Below, piece after piece: positions 53,903 to 64,000 of a stretch of DNA of 64,000 bases. Source of the stretch: an uncultured Methanosarcinaceae archaeon (GTDB lineage Archaea > Halobacteriota > Methanosarcinia > Methanosarcinales > Methanosarcinaceae); contig CAWJYV010000001.1 in assembly GCA_963847185.1 (NCBI GenBank), positions 32,001-96,000 on the forward strand, read 5' to 3'. Under the pieces are notes generated by a model that had not been told where the DNA came from, did not search any database, and saw nothing but the letters and a program-made list of their open reading frames with translations. Every line of letters starts with the position of its first letter. Position 1 is the stretch's first letter. Made by a program: the position numbers and the translations under genes.

Positions 53903-56475
53903 TCAACTGATTACTGAATTTGATGCCAGATTATCTTTTTCTGTTACTGTGAACCTTATAGTGAATTCCGTCCCATAATTCCTTTTCAGTTCAAGTTCAC
54001 CATCTAACTGGTCTACAAGGGAAGTTACCAGCTGAAGCCCAAGGCTATCAAGATCTTCAATGTCAAGGTGTTCAGGGATACCTATACCATTATCTGAAAC
54101 AGTCAGAGTAAAACTGGTACTCTTAAAGTCTCCTTTTCTTTTTGTCATTCTCCATTTTCTTCCCTATGGAGTTCGATTCTAATTTCTCCTTTACTTCTAC
54201 CGGGAAATGCATGTTTGAGGGAGTTAGAAACGAGTTCATTGACAATTATTCCTAAAGGAATTGCAGTGTCCATATCAAAGAATGCATTTTCCTTCAGATC
54301 CAGCTTTAAGTTAATATCTAGATTTCCGACTGCATAGGTCTGTAGAAGGTTCTTAACAAGTTCCTCAATATAGGGTGAGAAGTTCAAAGTTTCGAACCCT
54401 TCACCTTTATACAGTTCCTCATGTATCAGAGCCATGGATATAACTCTGTCCTGGCTTTCTCTGAAAGCTTTAAGGACTTCAAAATCCTGAATACACTCTC
54501 TATTATTGAATCTCTCAGCCGTAAGATCCAGGAGGGAAGATATAACCTGAAGATTGTTTTTTATCCTGTGATGAATTTCCTTCTGGCGAGCAATGTCTAT
54601 TTTTGCCAGAGTTTCTTCTGCCTTTCTTCTCTGCAGTGCCTGCGTCACAGCCGGCGCTATTGCTTCGAGATCCTCCTGCTGCTCAGAGCTATAGCCGCCT
54701 TCGCGGTTTGCTACCGCAATCGTGCCCACAGTTTTTCCGTCCTGGACAAGGGGGACGCCAAGGAACGACGTGATAGGCGGATGTCCGTGTGGAAGACCGA
54801 TACTATTTGGATGCAACTGCGGTTCATTGGTGAAGAAGCTTTTTCCTTTATCAATTACACAACCATACAGTCCATGCAGGATAAAATCTCCAGGTGGACG
54901 ACGATGCCCGGTTTTGTCATACATCAGACACTGACTCCATCCCATATCGCTTATTGCGATATCGTGAAGTAGCCCGTCAGCGCCTACTTCACCAACGAAT
55001 CCAATCTGGCTGCCGGTTACTTCAAGAACTACAGATAAACATTCATTCCCCAACTCTTCTTCTGTTTCGGCCCTTACCACACTGCCGAATATCAGGTTAA
55101 TTCCCTCAAGAATGTGGTTGTATCTGCGAATACGATGCTCTTCTTGCTTGCGCTCGGTAATGTCTCTGGCAATAGTTGAGACGGCCACAAGTTTTCCAGA
55201 GGAATTGAAAACTGGAGAAAGGGTTATTGAAACGTTTTTTAGTGCGCCATCTTTTTTTAGCCGTAAAGTTTCGTAGTACCTTACTTTCTCATTATTTTTA
55301 ATCTCCTCAATTAATTTCTTCATCTCTCCTTTTAAATTAGCCGGCTCAAGTATTGAAAAAGTTTTCCCAAGAATTTCTTCGGCCGAATAACCATAAACCT
55401 GCTCTGCTCCTTTATTCCAGCTGGTAATAATGCCTTCAAGAGATAAAGTTAAAATAGAATCATCTGATGACTCCACAACGTTTGCCAGGCGCTGAATTTT
55501 TTCTTCTGCTTTTTTACGCTCTGTAATATCCTGAACTATTCCTCTCGCTCGGACAGGAGTATGTTTTTCATCAAAAATAACTTCTCCCAGTGAATGGACT
55601 ATGCGCTCTTGACCGTCAGCTGAGATTATTCTGAAATCAATGCCATAGGGTTTTCCGCTTAATGCTTCTTTGACGGCATTATTCACATAGTCTCGATCAT
55701 CTGGATGCACATAATTCAAAAATGAATCGTAAGTTATACCGGATTCTAGAGGATCAAGTCCATAAATACGATAAACTTCATCAGACCAATATAATTTATT
55801 AGTCAATATATCCTGATCCCAATTTCCAAGATGAGCTATTTTTTGAGCTTCATTGAGTCTTATTTCATTCTCCACTAATGACTCATAAGCTTCTTCAAGC
55901 TCTATGGTACGTTCTTTAACTCTTTCCTCTAGATTGTCATGAGCTCTTTTTAGGGCTTCTTCTGCCCGCTTGCGTTCGGTTATGTCGCTGGCAGCACCAA
56001 ACCATTCAATGATTTCGCCATTCGCATCCATCAGCGGAACCGCACGCGAGGACGTCCATCCCAAGCTGCCGTCCGCTCTCCTGACCCGATGTTCCATTTC
56101 GAAAATGCTCTTCGTCCTAATGGCTTCATTGATGACGGCTGTCACTTGTGGCTGATCATCCGGGTGAATGTATTCTTGAAGCCAGTTACGGTTTGGCCTT
56201 TCAGTGTTGGCGAGAAAACCTCGGCTATGGAGCTGGCGCATCTCGCTCCAATCAGGGTTCATGCGATATAACACTTCAGAACTGGCCGTTACCAGAGCGC
56301 GAAAGCGCTCCTCACTCTCCCGTAGCGCCTCTTCGGCCTTCTTACACTTGGTAATGTCAAGGCTTAGTGCCATATTTTCAGCACGCAAATATTGATTATT
56401 TTTCTCCAACTCAGAGACCCTTTTTTGAATCCGGATCTCCCTTTCGTCCTTATCCGGCAGGTTAAAAACAGTCAT
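53903..56475 (-). pseudogene. PAS/GAF sensor histidine kinase, frameshifted near 54145 inside the HATPase domain
   Basis: The H-box and N-box are in 54145-56475; the G-boxes are in the overlapping ORF 53903-54148. A sequencing error cannot be excluded. Confidence 0.8.
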
Positions 56476-56889
56476 AATTCCCCAACCCTGCTTAAAAGTA
56501 GGGCATTAGTACTTCCCATTAAATTTCCTTATCTTATCCTGTTGTCTAATTGAATTGAAGTAAACATGATTCTAGGCAAATCCACAATGCAAGCAATTGA
56601 TAAATATTTATCTAATAATTTTTATGAAAATTGATCGTATATACTTTTTAAGAATTGAAATGAAGAAGTTATTTGGGAGAAGTAATACTCTATCTATTAC
56701 ATATAAAAAGTTCTAAAAAACTTAGATAGAAACTTTTTATTCATGCAAAAAAGCATTAAAGACTTCTTGTTTGAATTTTAATCATCGACTTTACTATAGC
56801 TTAATTTTATCAAATATTCGAGTATTGTGCATAAAAAAGGGAATATAAAAGGCAATTTTTGCTTATTTTGCAGTCACTTTTACATTCAA

Positions 56890-57490
56890 CCCTTCCAAAT
56901 ATCCCAGAAATCTCTCCGATGTGCCAGATCTGACACATCGGGGAAACATAGTTGTATAGCTATAAAAGAAGTGCTGATATAGAGTATTTACTTTCGTTAA
57001 TTGCTTTGCGGAGCTGTCCGGGATATATTTGGTCCATCCATATCAAGAGCGATAGCCCTAGCCTTTGTACGTGGCTTCTAGGTATATGTCTTCAGAATAG
57101 ATGCAACGCAGCATATCCCTAAAATCTCTCCGTTAACTCAGATCTGAGTTATCGGTAAACAGTATCATTTGGCTTTAAAATAAGTGCTGATATAGATTAT
57201 TTTCTCATTTTAATTGCGTTGCGAAGTTTCAGGGATGTATTTGTTAAGCTCAATCCTGAGCGATATCCCTGGCCTTTGTACGTGGCTTCTAGTCTGAGAT
57301 AGGCGGACCGCCCAGCCTTCCACATATCCCAGAAGCTTGCATAGCACTTTATTGAAATTAAAAATCTACGTACATGGCTTCCCCCGAAAAGCAGGGAGAT
57401 ATAAATGCCTTGGAAGGGGCTAAACGCTTGGATCGAGGCTTAGCGTGGCTTCCAGTAATAAGCATGTAGAAGACTCGAGATAGACTTGTC
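56890..57490 (+). repeat. Two tandem ~190-bp repeats (palindromes at 56916-56941 and 57130-57155) plus a type-B unit
   Basis: Homologous to the other copies; the first palindrome carries compensatory changes. Confidence 0.85.
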
Positions 57491-57707
57491 AAAAATAGCT
57501 ATATTTGTTAGCTTAGTATATGCGTCAGTACTTTTGATAAAGGGGAAGTCTGCCCCCATCTGAGACTTTCCTCTTAGAAAAAGAGGAAATTATAAAAGAG
57601 TCAATCTTAAGCTGAAAAAAAGATATAACGCTTGATATTATAATGCTGTCTTAATTTAGAGGTCCCGGAAATACAGCCGGATAAACATTTCAGGTGGGAA
57701 TAGAAGC

Positions 57708-58319
57708 ATGAAGGATATAGAAGATTTAATCCAAAAAGCTGTAGAACTGCAGAGTAACGGGCTTATTACCGCCCAGATTGCCGATGAACTCAACGTTTCA
57801 AGAGAAACTGTTACCTGGCTTTTAACCCGTTCAAAAAAAGAAGAAACAACCCCAGCTCCAAAAGATATTTCTGTAAACTGGAACAGTATAGGAAAAAGCG
57901 CTAAACGTCTCCACAGTATCTCGCTTGCACTCTGCGACATGGTGCTTGAGACCTTGGAAAAAATAAATGCTGAAGTAGACGTGGTTGTTGGCATTGCCGC
58001 CAATGGTATTCCCCTAGCAAGCATGATGGCATATGAACTGGGTGCAGATTTAGCGATTTATCATCGTAAGGGACATGATATCGTTCAGACAGATCGCAGA
58101 GGAACCATAAGCAGAAATTTTGGGTCCGTTGCCGGTAAAAACTGTGTTATCGTGGATGACGTTATTACCACAGGTTCAACCAGTATGGAAGTGATTGAGC
58201 AGCTAAGAGAAATGGATGCGAAACCAAGAGTTGTAGTGGTACTGGTCGACAAGAAAGGTGTAGATACAATATATAACGTTCCGATTCAATCTCTTGTAAG
58301 AATTGCACGTTTGGACTGA
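57708..58319 (+). CDS. gfcR: HTH + phosphoribosyltransferase-fold protein (orotate PRTase-like, GfcR family)
   Basis: [19 protein letters not shown]; [14 protein letters not shown] motif. Confidence 0.8.
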   Translation: MKDIEDLIQKAVELQSNGLITAQIADELNVSRETVTWLLTRSKKEETTPAPKDISVNWNSIGKSAKRLHSISLALCDMVLETLEKINAEVDVVVGIAANGIPLASMMAYELGADLAIYHRKGHDIVQTDRRGTISRNFGSVAGKNCVIVDDVITTGSTSMEVIEQLREMDAKPRVVVVLVDKKGVDTIYNVPIQSLVRIARLD

Positions 58320-58641
58320 AAATATCTAGAGCTCGTTACGAAATAACTTAGACAACATATGATTATTTTGGAAAAAAATAAGCGTATTAGGACTTACACA
58401 CTTGAGTTTCAAGATCAAAAGCGATAGAAATTACTGCTAAAGCCAAGTTTTATACAGTTGAAGGTTTAACGCAGTTGATTATTTAGTTCAACTGTATAAA
58501 CCCTATTAATTCTCTTTTTCTGCGCTGAAGCTTACAATAAATTAAGTCCCATTATCCCTTTATAAACAAAGTCTGCTTTTCTCATTACTTTATTGGAGAA
58601 ATTTCTCGTTTTCTTATATTATATAAAAAATGAGTTTTGTT

Positions 58642-59749
58642 TTATACAGATTGCTCCTCAGGGATTGATTCGTACAGTTTTCTCCTCTCAGGTGGCATGG
58701 ACTCGATATATTTTTTTGCTTCTTCCGGAGATACGACTCTGCGGGTTCCGTCAGGTTCCTGTATGACCACTCCACTTTCTATGAGCATTCTGTATCTTGC
58801 TTTTCGAACTTCCTTGTCAGGGTGACAGACGAAATGGCAGTTGGAACAGGTATATTCCATCCTGGACCCTGGAATCAGGCATATGAAAAACCCACCTTCG
58901 AACTTTGGCCTGCCGAGATACGCTTCTATGGTACCGGGCAACGCAGCAGTGAAATCCTCATCTTTTTCGGGGATTTTAAAGCGTGCCGGAGACCAGGTGG
59001 ACCATTTTCCGGAGGAATTTAGACCTGTAAGTCCCCCGCAGACAAGGAAGCAGCGGCTATTGCTTCTTCGCTTCCCGTAGCTAAACTCTTTTCCTCCAAG
59101 GGTTACAGTGACCTTCTCAACCGGGTCCACATATCCAGACGAACATACTGAAAGGCAGAGCTTGCATTCGTCACAGTAGTTTTCTTCTTCTGGCAAGGGG
59201 TCTGTCGGGATGAGTTCTGCGTCCGTAACGACCGAGGCCAGGACAATAGCGGATCCATATTCTTTTGTAATAATATTCCCTGAATATCCAAAATGCCCTA
59301 TCCCGGAGCGTACTGCTAGGTACCTGTGGGAAATAGGGGGATGCATATCCAGCAGCCAATTTTCCGTATCTTGCCTGTACACGAAATTTGCAGACTGAGG
59401 GACAGCTTTGTATCCATACTGTTGCAAGAACCCTGCCATCTCAAGGGCGATCCCGTTGGCAAGGGTAGTGGTCCGCACCTTATTAGTTTCGAGAGATTGA
59501 TGATCTTCTTTTCTAAAATAAGGGTCGATCAGGTTCTGGTCAAAAGCCAAGTGCAAAACAGACAGCAGATTTTGCCTCTGGCAACACATAGGTCAGATCG
59601 GCAGAAGGAGGGCCACCTGAAAGGGTTTCAGTTGTTGCAATACCCACCTTGAAGGCCCCTAGGGTCAACGCCATCTCTTTGAGGGCTTTGGTCAGTTCTA
59701 TTATTTTTGATTCTTCGGTTGGTTCTTCCATTTTCGATTCCTCAGGCAA
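58642..59749 (-). pseudogene. QueG/reductive-dehalogenase-like Fe-S protein, +1 frameshift near 59550
   Basis: SHRYLAVRSGIG, CDECKLCLSVC and CSNCHFVCH motifs; the N-terminus is in another frame (59540-59749). Confidence 0.75.
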
Positions 59750-59887
59750 ATTAAAAATGTATCAAGTTTCAACGTAAATTATATAAGGTAACTGATATAT
59801 ATTTAATCTGCATTACAATGTACCAATTCTCTAAAAGTATATTTTGATAACCTTTTGGATTAATTTTCGTATGATACTCCGATTTGT

Positions 59888-60095
59888 AGGCTGTCTCAAA
59901 CTGACTCAATTCTACATTGCGACAGAAGTTATGAAACATGTTGCGTACACTCTATCTCTTCTGTATGGGATAATCTTAATAGGCACTTTCGGAGCCGTCT
60001 GGGTATATGTATGTGGAGATAAGGGATGTCCATTCCGGTTTTGCATATTACTGATTGCAAAAGTTACAGTAGATAATCACTTTTCGGATAGGCTC
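59888..60095. mobile_element. MITE-like/IS-end remnant; partial second copy at about 60931-60993
   Basis: Ends AGGCTGTCTCAAA / TTTTCGGATAGGCTC resemble the other IS5-type ends in the window. Confidence 0.4.
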
Positions 60096-60305
60096 TTAGT
60101 CCATGCAAGTGCCAAAAAACAGCTAAAGAAAATACGATTTGAAAATTGACGGTTGTAGCTAATAATTTCCAGCTCTGCCATTAAATTCTTGAAAGCAATA
60201 ACAAATTTCATTAGTATATTTTATCTATTAAAATATATATAATTAATAAGAGGAAGACACCCTGGGATAGGTAAAAATTAACAATATAACAAAAGAGAAA
60301 AAGAA

Positions 60306-60839
60306 TTGAAAGGGATGGGAAATATGGGGACTTCGAAAGTTATAACAGAGTTTAAAGAGTTCATTTCTTTTCTTCAAACTTTATGGGGCATCCTTGCAGG
60401 AGTGTCCGTTCTGTTTCCTCTTTCCAATGCTTTAATGAAGATAATTCCTTTGGGAGAATCGCCTGAAGAAGGTGTTTTGAAGTATTTCTCTCCCGAGCAG
60501 GTTACCGTTGTAACCATGCTGATTTGCTTGTTTGTAATGTTCCATATATTTAGCAAACGCCGCCTCATGAAAGCGGAATGGGAAAAGGATCAAGAGAGAC
60601 AACTGCAACAAAAATCGGTTAATTCCTTTTTCTTGGGAATTTTAGCCCTCCTTGTATATTTTTCTATTATCCACTTGAACTTTTACGGCCTCTTTGGCTG
60701 GGAAAGCGATGATCCTATTTTTGTATTTGTTGACATCTTTTTTTTAATATTCTACAGTGCATTCTTCGGATTGGTAACGAGGGCGTTTGTGCTTCTGGGA
60801 ATGATAGAATTTTTGTCAGAACAAATGGAAAGTCAATGA
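60306..60839 (+). CDS. Hypothetical membrane protein
   Basis: About four hydrophobic segments. Confidence 0.75.
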   Translation: MKGMGNMGTSKVITEFKEFISFLQTLWGILAGVSVLFPLSNALMKIIPLGESPEEGVLKYFSPEQVTVVTMLICLFVMFHIFSKRRLMKAEWEKDQERQLQQKSVNSFFLGILALLVYFSIIHLNFYGLFGWESDDPIFVFVDIFFLIFYSAFFGLVTRAFVLLGMIEFLSEQMESQ

Positions 60840-61137
60840 GTAATTAGTTACATAAAGCTTAGAGACTATATGAAAAGTCAGTAATGAGTGTTGAAGAGTT
60901 ACAATAGGTCTATAATATTTTAGCATCCGCTCCGGTTTTGCACATTGCATATTGTAAAAGTTATAGCAAGTAACCACTTTTCGGATAGGCTCTAAAAGAA
61001 TGGTCGCTTATATCATGAACAAAGAAGTTCCTGCCTGAGCAAGGTAGAATAGAACATGTATCTAAACACGTTACTGGAGACTAAATCATAGAAAGGTATT
61101 GCTTCTTTCACGATCTAATCTCCGGTTAAATTCTATT

Positions 61138-63528
61138 TTATTTTCTTCTATATAGAGATGTTACAAACAGACAAGCTATCCCATAAGTTATTTCAAACCC
61201 AAAAGTGCTCATGATCTTCTTCTCAGAAGTGCTTGTATTTTCTCTACTCTCCTCAGTCTGTTCCATATTTCCTACTGTACGCCCATTGTCTCTTTTAATA
61301 TCTGCTTCAGGCTTTATTTCAGTAACCGAGTCCTTTTCTATTCCCTCACCTGTTATTGCAAATGGAGAGAATCCCGGAGCTTCTGCTTTGAAATATAGGT
61401 ATTTGTCATCTTCTCCTGAAAGGGTGGTTGGAAGTTCATTCCATTTCTTTTCATTGTACCTGTTCAGGACAATTGAACTCTGGTCAATACCTCTATCTTT
61501 TACCCAGGACTTTTCAACTCTGAAATTTATGACTGCATTTTCGAGATTGTCCTCGTCACTTCCATAACCACCGTTTCCAATCCAGATATTGAGATAGTTA
61601 TATACCTCTCCATCGGGTGTCTCCAGAGTAAGCGTGGACTTGTTTTTAAGCATTTCAACAATAGTTGTTGTCTTACCAACAGTTTTCTTGGAGTCAAAGT
61701 TCAAGGATACAATAGAAGTTGCATTCTTTGTAAAATCAAACTTCACATTCTTTCCACTTGTAATGAAGACCTGACAGAGTTCCTTTACTTTAACATTCTT
61801 TGCAGGCTCGGGAGACCCACCACCAGTTCCACCACCTCCGCCACTGCCACTGTGACTGCCACCACTACTTTCACCGCTTGAACTTCCCTCTAATACAGTA
61901 ATTGTCGTGGATTTTGTAGAGGTTCCGTTTTCATTTGTTGCAATAAGGTTGACATTATAGGATCCTGGATCTGTGAACACATAAACAGGAGCTTTATCAG
62001 CGGAATCAATCTGCCAGTCATTATTGAAGTCCCAGCCCCTTCCGGTCAAGTTTTGCGAAAGGTCTGTAAATTGAACAACAAGAGGAGCATAACCTCTGGT
62101 GATATTGGTTCTGAAATCAGGCACAGGGAGACCTGGTTGTTCTAAAACAGTTATTACGACAACTTTAAAATCTGAACCATTTGCATTCTTTACACTAAGC
62201 GTCACATTGTAATTTCCTGGAGAAGTATAAATGTGCTTTGGGGATTCCTCATTTGAATAAGCTCCGTCTCCAAAATCCCATTGCCATGTTCTAGGATTGT
62301 TTATACTTGTATCATTAAATTGAACTGCTAATGGAACCTTCCCAAAAGTAACGTTGTTTGTGAAACTTGCAATTGGTGGATTATTTTTTGATGAAATTCG
62401 AACTTCCCATCCTCTAGTTGATAAATTATTTGCATGTTCCGTTCCTATAATTGATGGTGCAGCGTTTCCAGTTAAATCTAAAAACCCAGCACTGGTTTTA
62501 TAAGAATCTAGTGTTTGGAGTATCCCATCTACTGCTTCTTGATTTAATAAATTAAGACTAGCATTTAAGTAAAGTAAACCAGGATCACTGGAAATATCTA
62601 AACTTATGAGGTTATTATTTTGAATTTCCACAACAGCATTTCTACCTACGGGAAAACAACCAGATAAAAGAGCTTCATTATAATGATTATTGGCTGAAAG
62701 AACGCTTTTTAAATTTGTTGAAGTTAGGTGCAGAGTGCCGCTTTGATTATCATTCCAGTTATAAAAATCTCTCAAAAGTGGAAACTGACTGAATGGGAAT
62801 GTGCTTGTTATCTGCGGATTATCTCTGACACATATATGCCATATATTAGCCCCTGTAGAACCCCAATTTATAGTATATGTTGAGCTTCTCTGAGATGCTC
62901 CACGAAGATCAGCCAGAGAAGGAGCTTCTGATAGATCAAGATAAGAAATATTGGATTGTTCGATGCAAAGCCTGTTCAGAGATGGAACATTACGGAGCCT
63001 GATAGTAGCCAATGATCTGCAAGAAAAACACTCAATAGTATGCAGTGCAGTGAAATTACTGAAATCCAACTCAGTTATTGGATTATAGTTTGAAGCCCAT
63101 ACCTGGAGGTATGGTGCAACATTTTCTAAACCGCCAACAGCTATCACATTCTGTTCTGCTAAATTTGCTATTGTACTAGAACTTGGAGACACTCCACCAT
63201 CTGAACCGTCATAGCCTATATTGATTTTAGTTACTGCACTCCACGGAGTTACTACCAAAGTGTTTTCTCTTGTCGCCTTTGAACCGAAATTTACAATAGG
63301 AGACGCGGAATTAGATGTGGAACCATCACCAAATACCCATTGAATTGTAGGATTACCTGTGACTGTAATAACAGGTGAAAATGATGAACCAGTAGTCACA
63401 AATGTAATATTTGCAGATGGCGCTGCACCTGCCACACTCACCAGCATTACAAGTGCCAGCAATGTTGTTCCTAAAATTTTTAAAAAATTATGTTCTCTAT
63501 GTGTTTTATCATTTTCTATTCCTTTCAT
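61138..63528 (-). CDS. Cell-surface protein: LRR-like region, PKD domains and PGF-pre-PGF domain
   Basis: Signal peptide; LxxLxx repeats; WDFGDG PKD motif; Gly/Ser linker; PGFSPFAI. Confidence 0.9.
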   Translation of the reverse strand: MKGIENDKTHREHNFLKILGTTLLALVMLVSVAGAAPSANITFVTTGSSFSPVITVTGNPTIQWVFGDGSTSNSASPIVNFGSKATRENTLVVTPWSAVTKINIGYDGSDGGVSPSSSTIANLAEQNVIAVGGLENVAPYLQVWASNYNPITELDFSNFTALHTIECFSCRSLATIRLRNVPSLNRLCIEQSNISYLDLSEAPSLADLRGASQRSSTYTINWGSTGANIWHICVRDNPQITSTFPFSQFPLLRDFYNWNDNQSGTLHLTSTNLKSVLSANNHYNEALLSGCFPVGRNAVVEIQNNNLISLDISSDPGLLYLNASLNLLNQEAVDGILQTLDSYKTSAGFLDLTGNAAPSIIGTEHANNLSTRGWEVRISSKNNPPIASFTNNVTFGKVPLAVQFNDTSINNPRTWQWDFGDGAYSNEESPKHIYTSPGNYNVTLSVKNANGSDFKVVVITVLEQPGLPVPDFRTNITRGYAPLVVQFTDLSQNLTGRGWDFNNDWQIDSADKAPVYVFTDPGSYNVNLIATNENGTSTKSTTITVLEGSSSGESSGGSHSGSGGGGGTGGGSPEPAKNVKVKELCQVFITSGKNVKFDFTKNATSIVSLNFDSKKTVGKTTTIVEMLKNKSTLTLETPDGEVYNYLNIWIGNGGYGSDEDNLENAVINFRVEKSWVKDRGIDQSSIVLNRYNEKKWNELPTTLSGEDDKYLYFKAEAPGFSPFAITGEGIEKDSVTEIKPEADIKRDNGRTVGNMEQTEESRENTSTSEKKIMSTFGFEITYGIACLFVTSLYRRK

Positions 63529-64000
63529 GTTTAAACCCCAGAATTTAGATTTCTATATAAGTCAAAAGCAGACAAATTAAAATTAAATAATAGGGTCTGG
63601 ATTATGAACTAGATAAAAAAATATATACTATATATCCATCCAAACTATTTAATATCTTTTTGATCCTTCTATTCAGTCTTAGATTGCTGACTTACCGACT
63701 GACTTTAGAATCTCCTAAAAAGGTGCTGGCTTTAGACTCGACTGGTCAGCCTTAGCTCATGGTCACTTTTACAGGTAATCTCAAACCTAAAAGTCGTTTT
63801 TAAAGCCAACCATTAATATCCTCGTATTCTTTAATTAGTAGGCAAACTCCTCATTTATCCTAAAAAAGCGTAAACGTTCAAAACTAATTAAGGTATATAA
63901 CCTATGAGTAACGAAGAGGTTATTATATCCCTGCGACAGAAGAAGAGAATCTTAACATCGATGTTCTATATCTGGAACTTCGATGAAAACATAGTCGGAG

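Noticed and set aside
54145-54148. Pyrrolysine read-through as an explanation for split genes
   Set aside because: The breaks are frame changes ending in TGA or TAA, not in-frame TAG.
58642-59749. Functional link between the QueG-like gene and the TGT-like gene
   Set aside because: They are more than 30 kb apart, the QueG-like gene is outside the element, and such Fe-S proteins are common in methanogens.

Overview
This is an AT-rich accessory region whose gene content is typical of Methanosarcina (PKD/PGF-pre-PGF surface proteins, HisKA_2-type PAS kinases, a GfcR-like PRTase); the taxon is inferred, not confirmed. 1-7 kb: a cluster of unannotated small-peptide genes (three 30-aa peptides and two Gly/Cys-rich peptides in an inverted duplication), a wHTH gene with iteron-like repeats, and an IS5. 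About 13.9-30.7 kb: a decaying integrated plasmid/provirus-like element with a tyrosine integrase, an RHH protein, and a P-loop ATPase followed by an iteron-rich origin candidate. It also carries a ParB-HTH-(degenerate MT-A70) fusion co-oriented with a TGT/DpdA-like gene that is cleanly split by an IS701, and a frameshifted stand-alone Cas8b-C-terminal/Cas11-like gene. A 26-bp palindrome (CCGWTAACTCAGATCTGAGTTATCGG) lies inside the ParB-like gene. It recurs as the core of a ~190-bp co-oriented dispersed repeat, with compensatory changes in some copies, making it a candidate archaeal parS-like system. 32-45 kb: a thiol-redox/ArsR-ArsP/DsrEFH island. 46-57 kb: a 46-bp tandem array and three mosaic PAS histidine kinase genes. 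57.7-64 kb: gfcR-like, QueG-like, membrane and surface-protein genes. No rRNA, tRNA or CRISPR array was found. All family calls come from motif recognition by eye; no database search was run.
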